Shown here: one piece after another, positions 17,482 to 26,840 of the stretch | How the letters are laid out: every line of letters begins with the position of its first letter | Position numbering within the stretch: the first letter of the stretch is position 1 | Source of the DNA: a virus | Lineage: Duplodnaviria > Heunggongvirae > Uroviricota > Caudoviricetes | Length of the DNA: 37,551 bases | IMG/VR virus record: IMGVR_UViG_2778261670_000003 | Direction: 5' to 3' (one strand) | The notes under the pieces: model-generated | Databases searched by the model: none | Told to the model about the DNA's origin: nothing | What the model saw: only the letters and a program-made list of their open reading frames with translations | Program-made: the position numbers and the translations under genes

Positions 17482-18132
17482 ATGAGCCTGAGTCCCGCAC
17501 GGCAGCATCGCCTGCGCGTTCAGGCTGAACAGGCCGCCCGCGAGGGCGGCAGCGTTCGCCACGCGTCGGGCTATGACCTGATGCTGCTGCAACTGGCGGA
17601 AGACCGCCGCCGTCTCAAGGGCGTTCAGTCCACGGTGAAAAAAGCGGAAATCAAGGTGGAGCTGCTGCCGAAATATGCCGCCTGGGCGGAGGGCGTCCTG
17701 GCTGCCGGAGGCGCTCAACAGGATGACGTGCTGATGTACGTGATGCTGTGGCGCATTGATGCCGGAGATTATGCCGGGGCGCTGGAGATCGGGCGTCATG
17801 CCCTGCGTCATGGCTGGGTGATGCCGCTGGGTAACCGCAACGTGCAGACCGTGCTGGCAGAGGAAATGGCAGACGCGGCGCAGAGCGCAATGCTTGCCGC
17901 CACCGGCTTTGATGCCGATCTGTTGCTGCAGACGCTGGAGCTGACAGACGGTCTGGATATGCCGGACCAGTCACGGGCGCGTCTGCATAAAGCGATTGGC
18001 GCTGTCCTGAGTGAAAGCAACCCGGCTTCCGCCCTTAATCATCTCAACCATGCGTTACAGCTCGATCCCCGCTGTGGCGTGAAAAAAGACAAACAGCAGC
18101 TGGAGCGCAGACTGCGCAATGACAGCCGCTGA
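17482..18132 (+). CDS. Terminase small / endonuclease subunit (P2 gpM-like)
   Basis: 216 aa following the capsid gene, as in P2. Confidence 0.8.
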   Translation: MSLSPARQHRLRVQAEQAAREGGSVRHASGYDLMLLQLAEDRRRLKGVQSTVKKAEIKVELLPKYAAWAEGVLAAGGAQQDDVLMYVMLWRIDAGDYAGALEIGRHALRHGWVMPLGNRNVQTVLAEEMADAAQSAMLAATGFDADLLLQTLELTDGLDMPDQSRARLHKAIGAVLSESNPASALNHLNHALQLDPRCGVKKDKQQLERRLRNDSR

Positions 18133-18227
18133 CAGAACGTGCCCCCGCGCACGGGCGGCACGGGGTGGCGAAAGGCACTGCCACATCAAAACCCCGTCCA
18201 CCGCCCTCTATTTCAGGAGAAAGCAGC

Positions 18228-18692
18228 ATGAAGTTTGTTGCGCCAGAACAGGCACCGGAACAGGCGGAAATCATCAGGAATACGCCGTTCTGGCCTGATG
18301 TGGACCTGTCGGAGTTTCGCAGCGTGATGCGCACTGACGGCACGGTGACGCAGCCGCGTTTAAAGCAGGTTGCGCTGTCGGCAATTTCGGAGGTCAACGC
18401 AGAGCTGTATGAGTTTCGCAGACGCCAGCAGATGCTGGGGTATGCCTCGCTGGCAGAGGTTCCGGCGGAACAGCTGGACGGCAAAAGTGAGCGCATTCAG
18501 CACTATTTCAACGCGGTTTACTGCTGGGCACGCGCCATGCTCAACGAACGTTACCAGGACTATGACGCCACGGCGTCCGGTGTGAAGCGGGGCGAGGAAC
18601 TGGCGGAAGCAAGCGGTGATTTGTGGCGTGACGCCCGCTGGGCCATCAGCCGGGTGCAGGATGCGCCGCACTGCACAGTGGAGCTTATCTGA
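18228..18692 (+). CDS. Head completion / stabilisation protein (P2 gpL-like)
   Basis: AGGAGA SD then ATG at 18228. The ORF track start at 18165 is an extension. Confidence 0.8.
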   Translation: MKFVAPEQAPEQAEIIRNTPFWPDVDLSEFRSVMRTDGTVTQPRLKQVALSAISEVNAELYEFRRRQQMLGYASLAEVPAEQLDGKSERIQHYFNAVYCWARAMLNERYQDYDATASGVKRGEELAEASGDLWRDARWAISRVQDAPHCTVELI

Positions 18693-18895
18693 TGAAAGTG
18701 CGTGCGCATCAGTATGACACGGTGGACGCGCTTTGCTGGCGTCATTACGGGCGCACGCAGGGTGTCACGGAGCAGGTACTGAAGGCAAATCCGGGGCTTG
18801 CCGAATACGGCCCCTTTTTACCTCACGGGCTGCAGGTGGAGCTGCCGGACATTCCGACCACCACCACCGTGCAGACCGTCCAGCTATGGGACTGA
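18692..18895 (+). CDS. Tail protein X (P2 gpX-like)
   Basis: 67 aa, identical length to P2 X, start overlaps the L stop. Confidence 0.8.
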   Translation: MKVRAHQYDTVDALCWRHYGRTQGVTEQVLKANPGLAEYGPFLPHGLQVELPDIPTTTTVQTVQLWD

Positions 18896-18898
18896 ATT

Positions 18899-19114
18899 AT
18901 GACGCTTGAGCGAATCAGCGCCTTTATCACGTATTGCATCGCCGTCGTGCTGGCCTGGCTGGGCGATTTGTCCATCAAGGATGCCTCAACGCTGGGCGGC
19001 CTGATGATTGGTGTGCTGATGCTGGCTATCAACTGGTACTACAAACACAAAGCCTACCAGCTTCTGCGCGACGGGCAGATCTCGCGGGAGGACTATGAAT
19101 CCATCAATCGTTAA
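18899..19114 (+). CDS. Holin
   Basis: 71-aa protein with hydrophobic TM segments and a charged C-terminus, immediately upstream of the endolysin. Confidence 0.7.
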   Translation: MTLERISAFITYCIAVVLAWLGDLSIKDASTLGGLMIGVLMLAINWYYKHKAYQLLRDGQISREDYESINR

Positions 19115-19607
19115 ACGCTGCCTTGTCGGGACCGTGCTGGCTATTGCTGCCACGCTGCCGGGTTTTCAGCAGCTTCACACCTCCGTGGAGGGGCTGAAAC
19201 TGATTGCCGATTACGAAGGCTGTCGTCTGCAGCCGTATCAGTGCAGCGCGGGTGTCTGGACCGACGGCATTGGTAATACATCGGGCGTCATTCCCGGCAA
19301 AACCATTACGGAACGACAGGCAGCGGAAGGGCTGATCTCCAACGTGCTGCGTGTGGAGCGGGCGCTGGAAAGGTGTGTGAAGCAACAGCCGCCGCAGAAG
19401 GTGTATGACGCGGTGGTGTCGTTTGCCTTCAACGTGGGAACGGGCAATGCCTGCAGTTCCACGCTGGTGAAATTACTCAACCAGCGGCGCTGGGCGGATG
19501 CGTGCCGACAGTTGCCGCGCTGGGTTTATGTGAAAGGTGTTTTTAATCAGGGGCTGGATAACCGCCGTGCGCGGGAGATGGCCTGGTGCTTACAGGGAGC
19601 AAACTGA
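19095..19607 (+). CDS. Endolysin (lysozyme family, P2 gpK-like) with N-terminal signal-anchor-like segment
   Basis: 170 aa with hydrophobic N-terminus and lysozyme-like core (…DYEGCRLQPYQCSAGVWTDGIGNT…). Confidence 0.85.
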   Translation: MNPSIVKRCLVGTVLAIAATLPGFQQLHTSVEGLKLIADYEGCRLQPYQCSAGVWTDGIGNTSGVIPGKTITERQAAEGLISNVLRVERALERCVKQQPPQKVYDAVVSFAFNVGTGNACSSTLVKLLNQRRWADACRQLPRWVYVKGVFNQGLDNRRAREMAWCLQGAN

Positions 19608-19608
19608 A

Positions 19609-19986
19609 ATGAAAAAGAAATTAATCAGCGGGCTGTTTCTGATGTTATGGATGGGGCTGTTGATCGCAACAATGATGTATCCACAGGGGATTTTTCCGGT
19701 ACTGGCAGCATCTGGTGTCTGGGTAGCCTGTCTGCTGACATGGGCAGTAATTCCGGTAGCACTGGCTGCGTTAATTAAGAACGGCCCTCTCTGGCAGGAG
19801 TTGAGGGCATCTTTGCTGAAGAGCATTACCCGAAAAGAAAACGTATTTATCAGCTGGGTGATGCGATTGCTGATTGTCGTCAGTCTCGCCTGGACGGGGT
19901 GGGCCATTACCCTGGTCTTTTATCTGCTGACCGTTATTGCCTTCTGGATCACACGTAACCAGATGGCGCAACAGGTAGCCGCATGA
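19609..19986 (+). CDS. LysA-like membrane protein (lysis timing)
   Basis: 126 aa, multiple TM helices, ATG at 19609. The ORF track start at 19537 is an extension. Confidence 0.6.
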   Translation: MKKKLISGLFLMLWMGLLIATMMYPQGIFPVLAASGVWVACLLTWAVIPVALAALIKNGPLWQELRASLLKSITRKENVFISWVMRLLIVVSLAWTGWAITLVFYLLTVIAFWITRNQMAQQVAA

Positions 19987-20411
19987 ACCGGTTGCTGCTG
20001 GTTGTGCTGGCGTTATTACTGGCGGCGCTGGGCTGGCAGACGTGGCGGCTGGCTGATGCCAGCCAGACCATCAGCACGCAGGCAGACGAGCTGCAGAGCA
20101 AAAGCCAGGAACTGGCAAAGAGCAACAGCCAGCTTATCAGCCTGTCCATTCTGGCTGAAACCAACAACCGGGAGCAGGCGCGGCTTTATGCCGACGCCGA
20201 ACAGACCAGCGCACTGCTGAGACAACGACAACGCCGGATCGAGGAACTGAAACGTGAGAACGAGGATTTACGCCGCTGGGCTGATACTCCTTTGCCTGCT
20301 GACATTATCCGGCTGCGGGAACGTCCGGTACTCACCGGAGGTGCAGCTTACCGTCAGTGGTTGTCCGCGAGTGACGCCGTGTCGGCTGGAGCAGGCAGCG
20401 CCGCGCACTAA
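19983..20411 (+). CDS. LysB / Rz-like inner-membrane spanin
   Basis: N-terminal TM anchor then coiled-coil-like charged region; 142 aa. Confidence 0.7.
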   Translation: MNRLLLVVLALLLAALGWQTWRLADASQTISTQADELQSKSQELAKSNSQLISLSILAETNNREQARLYADAEQTSALLRQRQRRIEELKRENEDLRRWADTPLPADIIRLRERPVLTGGAAYRQWLSASDAVSAGAGSAAH

Positions 20412-20544
20412 CGGTGATCTGAACGCGTTGCTGGATGAAACGGAAGCCGCCTGGGCGGTCTGTGCAGACAAAGTGGACATGATTATTGCGTGTCAGGAGC
20501 GAAACAGTGAACAAACCACAATCCCTGCGCCACACCCTCAATAA
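20254..20544 (+). CDS. LysC / Rz1-like outer-membrane lipoprotein spanin, nested out of frame in lysB
   Basis: Lipobox LTLSGC near the N-terminus; embedded in the lysB 3' half in another frame. Confidence 0.7.
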   Translation: MRTRIYAAGLILLCLLTLSGCGNVRYSPEVQLTVSGCPRVTPCRLEQAAPRTNGDLNALLDETEAAWAVCADKVDMIIACQERNSEQTTIPAPHPQ

Positions 20545-20938
20545 AGCGGTGCCTTATGTCCGTAATAACCCGGACAAACTGCATCTGTTTGTGGATAACG
20601 GTTCGCTGGTTGCCACGGGGGCCAGCTCCATGTCATGGGAGTACCGTTACACCCTGAACGTGGTGATAGAAGATTTCAGCGGCGACCAGAATCTGCTGAT
20701 GGCCCCGGTTTTGCTGTGGCTGCGGAATAACCAGCCCGATGCCATCAATAATCCGACGTTACGGGAAAAGTTATTCACCTTTGAGGTGGATATTTTGCGC
20801 AACGATATCTGTGATATCAGCCTTAACCTGCAACTGACGGAGCGTGTGCTGGTCAGCACTGACGGCAGTGTGTCGAGCGTTGAAGCGATAACGGAACCTG
20901 ATGAACCTGAAGAAATGTGGACGGTGAAACGTGGCTGA
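20507..20938 (+). CDS. Tail completion protein (P2 gpR-like)
   Basis: AGGAG SD then GTG at 20507. The ORF track begins at a TTG at 20486. Confidence 0.75.
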   Translation: MNKPQSLRHTLNKAVPYVRNNPDKLHLFVDNGSLVATGASSMSWEYRYTLNVVIEDFSGDQNLLMAPVLLWLRNNQPDAINNPTLREKLFTFEVDILRNDICDISLNLQLTERVLVSTDGSVSSVEAITEPDEPEEMWTVKRG

Positions 20939-21377
20939 ACTGCAGAAAGTGGACGACTGGCTGAGTGCCTTGCTGGCGAATCTGGAGCCAGCCGCAAGAA
21001 GCCGTATGATGCGCCAGCTGGCGCAGGAACTGCGCCGGACACAGCAGCAGAATATCAGGATGCAGCGCAATCCTGACGGCAGCAGCTATGAACCGCGACG
21101 GTTAACAGCACGCAGTAAAAAAGGCCGTATCAAACGTCAGATGTTTGCAAAGCTGCGCACCACAAAATACCTGAAAACTGCCGCCAGCGCTGATTCTTCC
21201 AGCGTACAGTTTGAAGGTAAGGTGCAGCGTATTGCCCGCGTTCATCACTACGGCTTACGTGATCGCGTCAGTCGCAAAGGACCTGAGGTCCGTTACGCAG
21301 AGCGTCGCCTTCTGGGTGTAAATGATGATGTTGAGGCAATGACCCGCGACATGATTCTGCAATGGCTGGCGGGGTGA
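20931..21377 (+). CDS. Tail completion protein (P2 gpS-like)
   Basis: 148 aa, GTG start overlapping the R stop. Confidence 0.8.
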   Translation: MAELQKVDDWLSALLANLEPAARSRMMRQLAQELRRTQQQNIRMQRNPDGSSYEPRRLTARSKKGRIKRQMFAKLRTTKYLKTAASADSSSVQFEGKVQRIARVHHYGLRDRVSRKGPEVRYAERRLLGVNDDVEAMTRDMILQWLAG

Positions 21378-21381
21378 TCTT

Positions 21382-21399
21382 TGTATCAGCACTGATACA
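21382..21399 (+). promoter_or_regulatory. TGT-N12-ACA dyad (P_V-like late promoter element)
   Basis: TGTatcagcactgatACA, a perfect dyad upstream of gene V. Confidence 0.45.
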
Positions 21400-21445
21400 A
21401 GTTGCAGCACTGCCGGCTTTCTTCCCCTGATGGCAACCTTTCCCT

Positions 21446-22024
21446 ATGAACGCACAATTAACCGAAATCATGCGCCTTATCACCAACCTGATCCGCACAG
21501 GTGTAGTCACCGAAGTGGACCGGGAAAACTGGCTTTGCCGGGTGAAAACGGGCGACCTTGAAACCAACTGGATCAGCTGGCTGACGCTGCGTGCCGGGAA
21601 TGCCCGCACATGGTGGCGACCATCGGAAGGTGAACAGGTTGTGCTGCTGAGTCTGGGCGGCAATCTTGAAACCGCCTTTGCGTTGCCCGCTGTCTATTCG
21701 AATCAGTTCGCTCCACCGTCGACGTCGGCGGACGCCTGCGTGACAGAACATCCTGACGGTGGCTGGTTTGAATACGAACCCGCCACCGGGCGCTGGTATG
21801 TCAGGGGCATCAAATCAATGGTCATTGAGGCCGCTGACAACATCACCATGAAAACCACTGAGTTTGTACTGGAGGCTGACCGCACGCGCATTAACAGCGA
21901 AGTGGTGATCAATGGTGGCGTTACCCAGGGCGGCGGAGCGATGAGTTCTAACGGGATCGTGGTTGATGCGCATCAGCATACTGGCGTCCTGAAAGGCGGC
22001 GATACAACCGGAGGCCCGGTATGA
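21446..22024 (+). CDS. Baseplate spike / assembly protein (P2 gpV-like)
   Basis: 192 aa at the start of the baseplate cluster. Confidence 0.85.
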   Translation: MNAQLTEIMRLITNLIRTGVVTEVDRENWLCRVKTGDLETNWISWLTLRAGNARTWWRPSEGEQVVLLSLGGNLETAFALPAVYSNQFAPPSTSADACVTEHPDGGWFEYEPATGRWYVRGIKSMVIEAADNITMKTTEFVLEADRTRINSEVVINGGVTQGGGAMSSNGIVVDAHQHTGVLKGGDTTGGPV

Positions 22025-22380
22025 CGCTTTATAGCGGGATGAACAATACCAGCGGCAAAGTCATTACTGATATTGATCATCTGCGCCAGTCTGTGCGGGA
22101 CATTCTGCTGACACCGCAGGGCAGCCGCATTGCCCGCCGGGAATATGGTTCCCTGCTGTCGGCACTGATAGACCAGCCACAAAATCCGGCGTTACGCCTG
22201 CAGGTCATGTCGGCAGTGTATGTGGCGCTGAGTCGCTGGGAGCCACGGCTGACGCTGGATTCCATCACCATTAACGGCAATTTTGACGGTTCAATGGTGG
22301 TGGAGCTGACCGGGCGGCGTAATAACGGTGTGCCTGTTTCCCTTTCCGTATCAACAGGAGTAGAGAATGGCAGTGATTGA
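22021..22380 (+). CDS. Baseplate protein (P2 gpW-like, gp25 family)
   Basis: 119 aa, overlapping start/stop with neighbours. Confidence 0.85.
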   Translation: MTLYSGMNNTSGKVITDIDHLRQSVRDILLTPQGSRIARREYGSLLSALIDQPQNPALRLQVMSAVYVALSRWEPRLTLDSITINGNFDGSMVVELTGRRNNGVPVSLSVSTGVENGSD

Positions 22381-23275
22381 TCTTTCGCAGTTGCCTGCGC
22401 CGCAGATTGTGGATGTGCCTGACTTTGAGACGCTGCTTGCCGAACGCAAGGCAGAATTTGTGGCGCTTCATCCGAAAGATGAGCAGGAAGCCGTGATCCG
22501 CACGCTGGAACTGGAATCTGAACCCGTCACCAAATTGTTGCAGGAGAACGCTTACCGTGAGTTGCTTCTGCGCCAGCGCATTAACGAAGCCGCGCAGGCG
22601 GTGATGGTGGCTTACGCGATGGGCGGCGATCTGGACCAAATCGCTGCCAACTACAACGTGAAACGCCTGACGGTGACGCCTGCTGATAATGACGTTGTGC
22701 CACCCGTTGCGGCTGTGATGGAAAGTGATGAAGCGTTACGCCTGCGTGTGCCTGCAGCCTTTGAAGGGCTTTCAGTTGCGGGGCCAACTGCAGCTTATGA
22801 GTTTCATGCACGAAGCGCTGACGGTCGGGTGGCGGATGCCAGTGCAACCAGCCCGGCACCTGCAGAGGTGGTGCTGACTGTCCTTAGCCGCGAAGGCGAT
22901 GGAACTGCAGAAAAAGACCTGCTGGATGTGGTGGAGAAAGCCCTGAACAGTGAGAACGTCCGCCCGGTGGCTGACCGTCTGACGGTTCGCAGCGCAGAAA
23001 TCATCCCGTACCGCGTGGAAGCCACCATTTTTCTCTATCCGGGGCCGGAAGCAGAGCCGGTAATGGCAGCGGCAAAAGCCAGCCTGCAGAGGTACATCGC
23101 CAGTCAGACGCGGCTGGGTCGGGATATTCGCCGTAGCGCCATTTTTGCCGCCCTGCATGTGGAGGGTGTGCAGCGTGTGGAACTGGCTTCCCCGCTGGCG
23201 GATGTGGTCCTGAACAAAACGCAGGCGGCATCATGTACGCAGTGGAGCGTGACCAACGGGGGAACGGATGAATAG
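22367..23275 (+). CDS. Baseplate protein (P2 gpJ-like)
   Basis: 302 aa, same length as P2 J. Confidence 0.85.
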   Translation: MAVIDLSQLPAPQIVDVPDFETLLAERKAEFVALHPKDEQEAVIRTLELESEPVTKLLQENAYRELLLRQRINEAAQAVMVAYAMGGDLDQIAANYNVKRLTVTPADNDVVPPVAAVMESDEALRLRVPAAFEGLSVAGPTAAYEFHARSADGRVADASATSPAPAEVVLTVLSREGDGTAEKDLLDVVEKALNSENVRPVADRLTVRSAEIIPYRVEATIFLYPGPEAEPVMAAAKASLQRYIASQTRLGRDIRRSAIFAALHVEGVQRVELASPLADVVLNKTQAASCTQWSVTNGGTDE

Positions 23276-23873
23276 TCTGCTGCCACCGGGTTCAACACCA
23301 CTGGAGCGCCGACTGGCGCACACCTGCAGCGGGATTTCTGATCTGCAGGTGCCACTGCGTGACTTGTGGAATCCGGCGACCTGTCCGGTCAGTTTCCTGC
23401 CTTATCTCGCCTGGGCGTTCTCTGTGGATCGCTGGGACGAGAGCTGGACGGAAAGCGTCAAGCGCCAGGTGGTGAAGGATGCTTTTTATATTCATCAGCA
23501 TAAAGGGACCACCAGTGCCGTGCGGCGGGTGGTGGAGCCGTTCGGCTTTCTGATCCGCATTATTGAGTGGTGGCAGACCGGAGAGGCACCGGGCACGTTT
23601 CGCCTGGATATCGGCGTGCAGGACCAGGGCATCACTGAAGATACCTATCTAGAACTTGAGCGACTGATAAGCGATGCCAAACCATGTAGCCGCCACATGA
23701 TCGGCATGTCCATCAATCTGCAGACCAGCGGCCCGCATTGGGTGGGAGCCGCCAGCTATCTTGGCGAAGAAATCACGATCTATCCGTATATCAACGAAAC
23801 GATTATTTCCGGTGGCACCGCGCATGAAGGCGGGGCGGTCCATGTTATTGACACAATGAGAGTGAATCCATGA
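23268..23873 (+). CDS. Baseplate / tail protein (P2 gpI-like)
   Basis: 201 aa between J and the tail fibre. Confidence 0.8.
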   Translation: MNSLLPPGSTPLERRLAHTCSGISDLQVPLRDLWNPATCPVSFLPYLAWAFSVDRWDESWTESVKRQVVKDAFYIHQHKGTTSAVRRVVEPFGFLIRIIEWWQTGEAPGTFRLDIGVQDQGITEDTYLELERLISDAKPCSRHMIGMSINLQTSGPHWVGAASYLGEEITIYPYINETIISGGTAHEGGAVHVIDTMRVNP

Positions 23874-25411
23874 GCACAAAATTTTATACCCTGCTGACGG
23901 ATATTGGCGCGGCGAAACTTGCCAGCGCCGCCGCGCTCGGTGTGCCGCTAAAAATTACCCATATGGCGGTGGGCGATGGCGGCGGAGTATTGCCAACGCC
24001 GGACGCAAAGCAGACGGCACTGGTAAATGAGAAACGCCGGGCTGCGCTGAATATGCTTTATATCGACCCGCAGAATAGCAGCCAGATTATTGCTGAACAG
24101 GTGATCCCTGAAAACGAGGGCGGTTGGTGGATACGTGAAGTGGGCCTGTTTGATGAGTCCGGGGCATTGATTGCCGTGGGCAACTGCCCGGAAAGCTATA
24201 AGCCGCAACTGGCTGAAGGCAGCGGGCGCACCCAGACCGTGCGCATGGTGCTGATTACCAGCAGTACGGACAATATCACCCTGAAAATCGACCCTGCTGT
24301 AGTGCTGGCAACCCGCAAGTATGTGGATGACAAGGTACTGGAGCTGAAGGTGTACGTGGATGACCTGATGGCAAAACATCTTGCTGCACAGGACCCACAT
24401 TCACAGTACGCGCCAAAAGCCAGCCCGACATTTACCGGAACCCCCAAAGCGCCAACGCCAGCGGCGGGGAATAATACCACGCAGGTTGCGACCACTGCGT
24501 TTGTACAGGCGGCACTGACGGCCCTTATTAATGGTGCGCCAGCCACGCTGGACACGCTGAAAGAAATAGCCGCAGCCATTAACAATGATCCGAATTTCAG
24601 TACCACCATTAACAATGCGCTGGCACTAAAAGCACCGTTGTCGAGTCCGGCACTCACCGGAACGCCAACAGCCCCCACGGCGGCGCAGTCGGTCAACAAT
24701 ACACAGATTGCCACTACGGCTTTTGTGAAATCGGCGATTGCGGCAATGGTGGGTTCTGCACCTGCGGCACTGGATACACTGAACGAACTGGCGGCGGCGC
24801 TGGGGAATGATCCGAACTTTGCCACGACAATGCTTAATGCGCTGGTAGGTAAACAACCGCTGGACAATACGCTGACTAATTTGAGTGGAAAGGATGTAGC
24901 TGGTCTTCTCGCATACCTTGGTTTGGGAGAAGGCTCTGCATTACCTGTTGGTGTGCCTGTTCCGTGGCCTTCCGCCACTCCGCCGACAGGCTGGCTGAAA
25001 TGCAATGGTGCGGCTTTTTCTGCTGAAGAATACCCGGAACTGGCAAAGGCTTACCCGACAAATAAATTGCCTGATTTACGCGGTGAGTTTATTCGTGGCT
25101 GGGATGACGGACGTGGAGTGGATAACGGAAGGGGATTATTAACGCTTCAGGACGGTGCGATTGTCAGTCATAACCACTATTGGGGAATCTGGACTTCACG
25201 AACTAACGACCAGACTCTGGAAAGTTTTACAGGCACCACGATTTTAAAACAAATCACGCCCCTGTCTCCGGCCATTGACTTCGATAATTACCCAATTCCC
25301 AACCCGGCTATTACAGAGGGTGGTGTTGTTGCGGCAACGACTAAACCTGCAGGTGCGAATGAAACACGCCCACGAAATGTCTCTTTTAACTATATTGTGA
25401 GGGCTGCATAA
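23870..25411 (+). CDS. Tail fibre protein (P2 gpH-like); C-terminal part lies inside an invertible segment
   Basis: 513 aa with conserved N-terminus MSTKFYTLLTDIGAAK…, internal repeats and a variable C-terminus. Confidence 0.85.
   Translation: MSTKFYTLLTDIGAAKLASAAALGVPLKITHMAVGDGGGVLPTPDAKQTALVNEKRRAALNMLYIDPQNSSQIIAEQVIPENEGGWWIREVGLFDESGALIAVGNCPESYKPQLAEGSGRTQTVRMVLITSSTDNITLKIDPAVVLATRKYVDDKVLELKVYVDDLMAKHLAAQDPHSQYAPKASPTFTGTPKAPTPAAGNNTTQVATTAFVQAALTALINGAPATLDTLKEIAAAINNDPNFSTTINNALALKAPLSSPALTGTPTAPTAAQSVNNTQIATTAFVKSAIAAMVGSAPAALDTLNELAAALGNDPNFATTMLNALVGKQPLDNTLTNLSGKDVAGLLAYLGLGEGSALPVGVPVPWPSATPPTGWLKCNGAAFSAEEYPELAKAYPTNKLPDLRGEFIRGWDDGRGVDNGRGLLTLQDGAIVSHNHYWGIWTSRTNDQTLESFTGTTILKQITPLSPAIDFDNYPIPNPAITEGGVVAATTKPAGANETRPRNVSFNYIVRAA
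24471..24862 (+). repeat. Two diverged tandem copies of an about 170-bp unit inside the tail-fibre gene
   Basis: Protein-level repeat …NNTxQxATTAFVxxAxxAxxxxAPAxLDTLxExAAAxxNDPNFxTTxxNAL… occurs twice. Confidence 0.5.
24918..24931. repeat. Left recombination (crossover) site of invertible tail-fibre segment (TTGGTTTGGGAGAA)
   Basis: Exact inverted copy at 26760-26773; resembles gix/hix half-site GGTTTTGGATAA. Confidence 0.55.
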
Positions 25412-26013
25412 TGAATAACGCAGAATTAAACAGTGAATTAATTGCCACTATGGCAGGAGAAATTACTGTTTATAACTTTGATGTCATGAGTCGGGAATAT
25501 ATTTCAGCTTCAACTGAATATCTTGCTATTGGTGTCGGCATTCCGGCATATTCCTGTTTAGATGCTCCAGGTGCATACAAAGCTGGTTATGCAATCTGCC
25601 GTTCTGCAGATTTTAACTCATGGGAATATGTGCCAGACCATCGCGGTGAAATCGTCTTTAGCACCGAAACAGGAGAATCAAAAGAAATCACAGCTCCGGG
25701 TGATTACCCTGAAAATACGACCACTATCGCCCCGTTAACGCCTTACGATAAATGGGATGGTGAGAAATGGGTGACGGATACTGAAGCACAACACGGTGCC
25801 GCAGTAGAAGCGGCAGAAGCACAGCGACAGTCACTAATTGATACTGCAATGGCTTCCATTAGTCTGATTCAACTGAAATTACAGGCCGGGAGGAAGCTGA
25901 CGCAGACAGAAACCACCCGACTAAACGCTGTGCTGGATTACATTGACGCGGTGGCGGCAACAGATACCAGCACCGCGCCGGATGTCATCTGGCCTGAACT
26001 GCCGGAGGCGTAG
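25411..26013 (+). CDS. Tail fibre assembly protein (P2 gpG-like)
   Basis: 200 aa directly after H. Confidence 0.75.
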   Translation: MNNAELNSELIATMAGEITVYNFDVMSREYISASTEYLAIGVGIPAYSCLDAPGAYKAGYAICRSADFNSWEYVPDHRGEIVFSTETGESKEITAPGDYPENTTTIAPLTPYDKWDGEKWVTDTEAQHGAAVEAAEAQRQSLIDTAMASISLIQLKLQAGRKLTQTETTRLNAVLDYIDAVAATDTSTAPDVIWPELPEA

Positions 26014-26422
26014 GCCATTCAATATCTGGAGCACTGGAGGTATCAATCAGTTCCAGTGCGTCCAGATAATCCAGCCACAAATTATATTGCGCCAGTTCCT
26101 CATCTTTCAGACGACCAATAGCGGCTTTACCGGGCCATTGTTTACTGTTCATGTATTCGTTGGCCTGATTAAGCAATAATTGCCTTTCTGATTCTGCCTG
26201 TTGAATAAGTTCTTCATATGATGGTGGAGGTATTTGAGCCCATGTGGGTAATCCATTTTCTCCTGCAACACGAATTTTGCCATCTGGGGGCGTATTGATT
26301 GCAAATTCATTATAAACATCATCACTGACAGCCAGAGCATCATCTGGCCATGAATTTGCATTAATGTAATCATCCTTAAGCACAGGATTTACAAAAATGT
26401 TTAAAGATGGACTATAAAACAT
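25985..26422 (-). CDS. Alternative tail fibre assembly protein (inverted-orientation cassette)
   Basis: 145 aa, C-terminus similar to G (…LDYIDA/LDYLDA…TSxAPDxxWPxxP…), convergent with G. Confidence 0.7.
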   Translation of the reverse strand: MFYSPSLNIFVNPVLKDDYINANSWPDDALAVSDDVYNEFAINTPPDGKIRVAGENGLPTWAQIPPPSYEELIQQAESERQLLLNQANEYMNSKQWPGKAAIGRLKDEELAQYNLWLDYLDALELIDTSSAPDIEWPTPPAVQAR

Positions 26423-26423
26423 G

Positions 26424-26813
26424 TTAAACCCCTATAGCGATATAACGACCTAATACAGCATTTGCAGAAGTCGCTATGCTTGAAAAACCGCGGAACTGAT
26501 TTGATGTAATTGCAGAAGCCGACAGGATTCCTGCGCCTGAAGGTGTATGCCCCACATGACTAACTATCATCCCATAACATGCTGACGGAAAGGCAAAAGG
26601 AAAATCATTAAGATATCCGGCATCTTCACCACCAGACCCACCAAATCTCGCCTGCCCCCACTGAATAATCAGTGTTCTCCGGGAACCTGAAATAATTAAC
26701 GGAATCGTTACATACCCATTCAGACCAATGACACCCGATGCAGTGCCAGCCAGAGATAATTCTCCCAAACCAACGTTTATGAAAATGCAGAGATAACGGC
26801 TAACTGGCATCAT
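26424..26813 (-). CDS. Alternative tail-fibre C-terminal cassette (H'), expressed only after inversion
   Basis: Minus-strand ORF shares LGLGE at the crossover with H. Has no credible independent start; the functional part begins at about 26773. Confidence 0.6.
   Translation of the reverse strand: MMPVSRYLCIFINVGLGELSLAGTASGVIGLNGYVTIPLIISGSRRTLIIQWGQARFGGSGGEDAGYLNDFPFAFPSACYGMIVSHVGHTPSGAGILSASAITSNQFRGFSSIATSANAVLGRYIAIGV
26760..26773. repeat. Right recombination (crossover) site of invertible segment (inverted copy of 24918-24931)
   Basis: Seen directly: TTCTCCCAAACCAA is the reverse complement of TTGGTTTGGGAGAA. Confidence 0.55.
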
Positions 26814-26840
26814 CCCCGGTTTTTATTCAGGGGATTGATC

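Noticed and set aside
24196-25005. 269-aa minus-strand ORF inside tail fibre gene H
   Set aside because: Fully antisense to a well-supported structural gene, low-complexity Ala/Gly/Ser-rich translation typical of a shadow ORF, no RBS context.
26809-26822. GGTTTTTATTCAGG, which resembles a hix/gix half-site just upstream of the invertase
   Set aside because: No inverted partner found in H, and the in-frame LGLGE junction places the real crossover at 26760-26773; it may be an invertase promoter or enhancer-like element instead.
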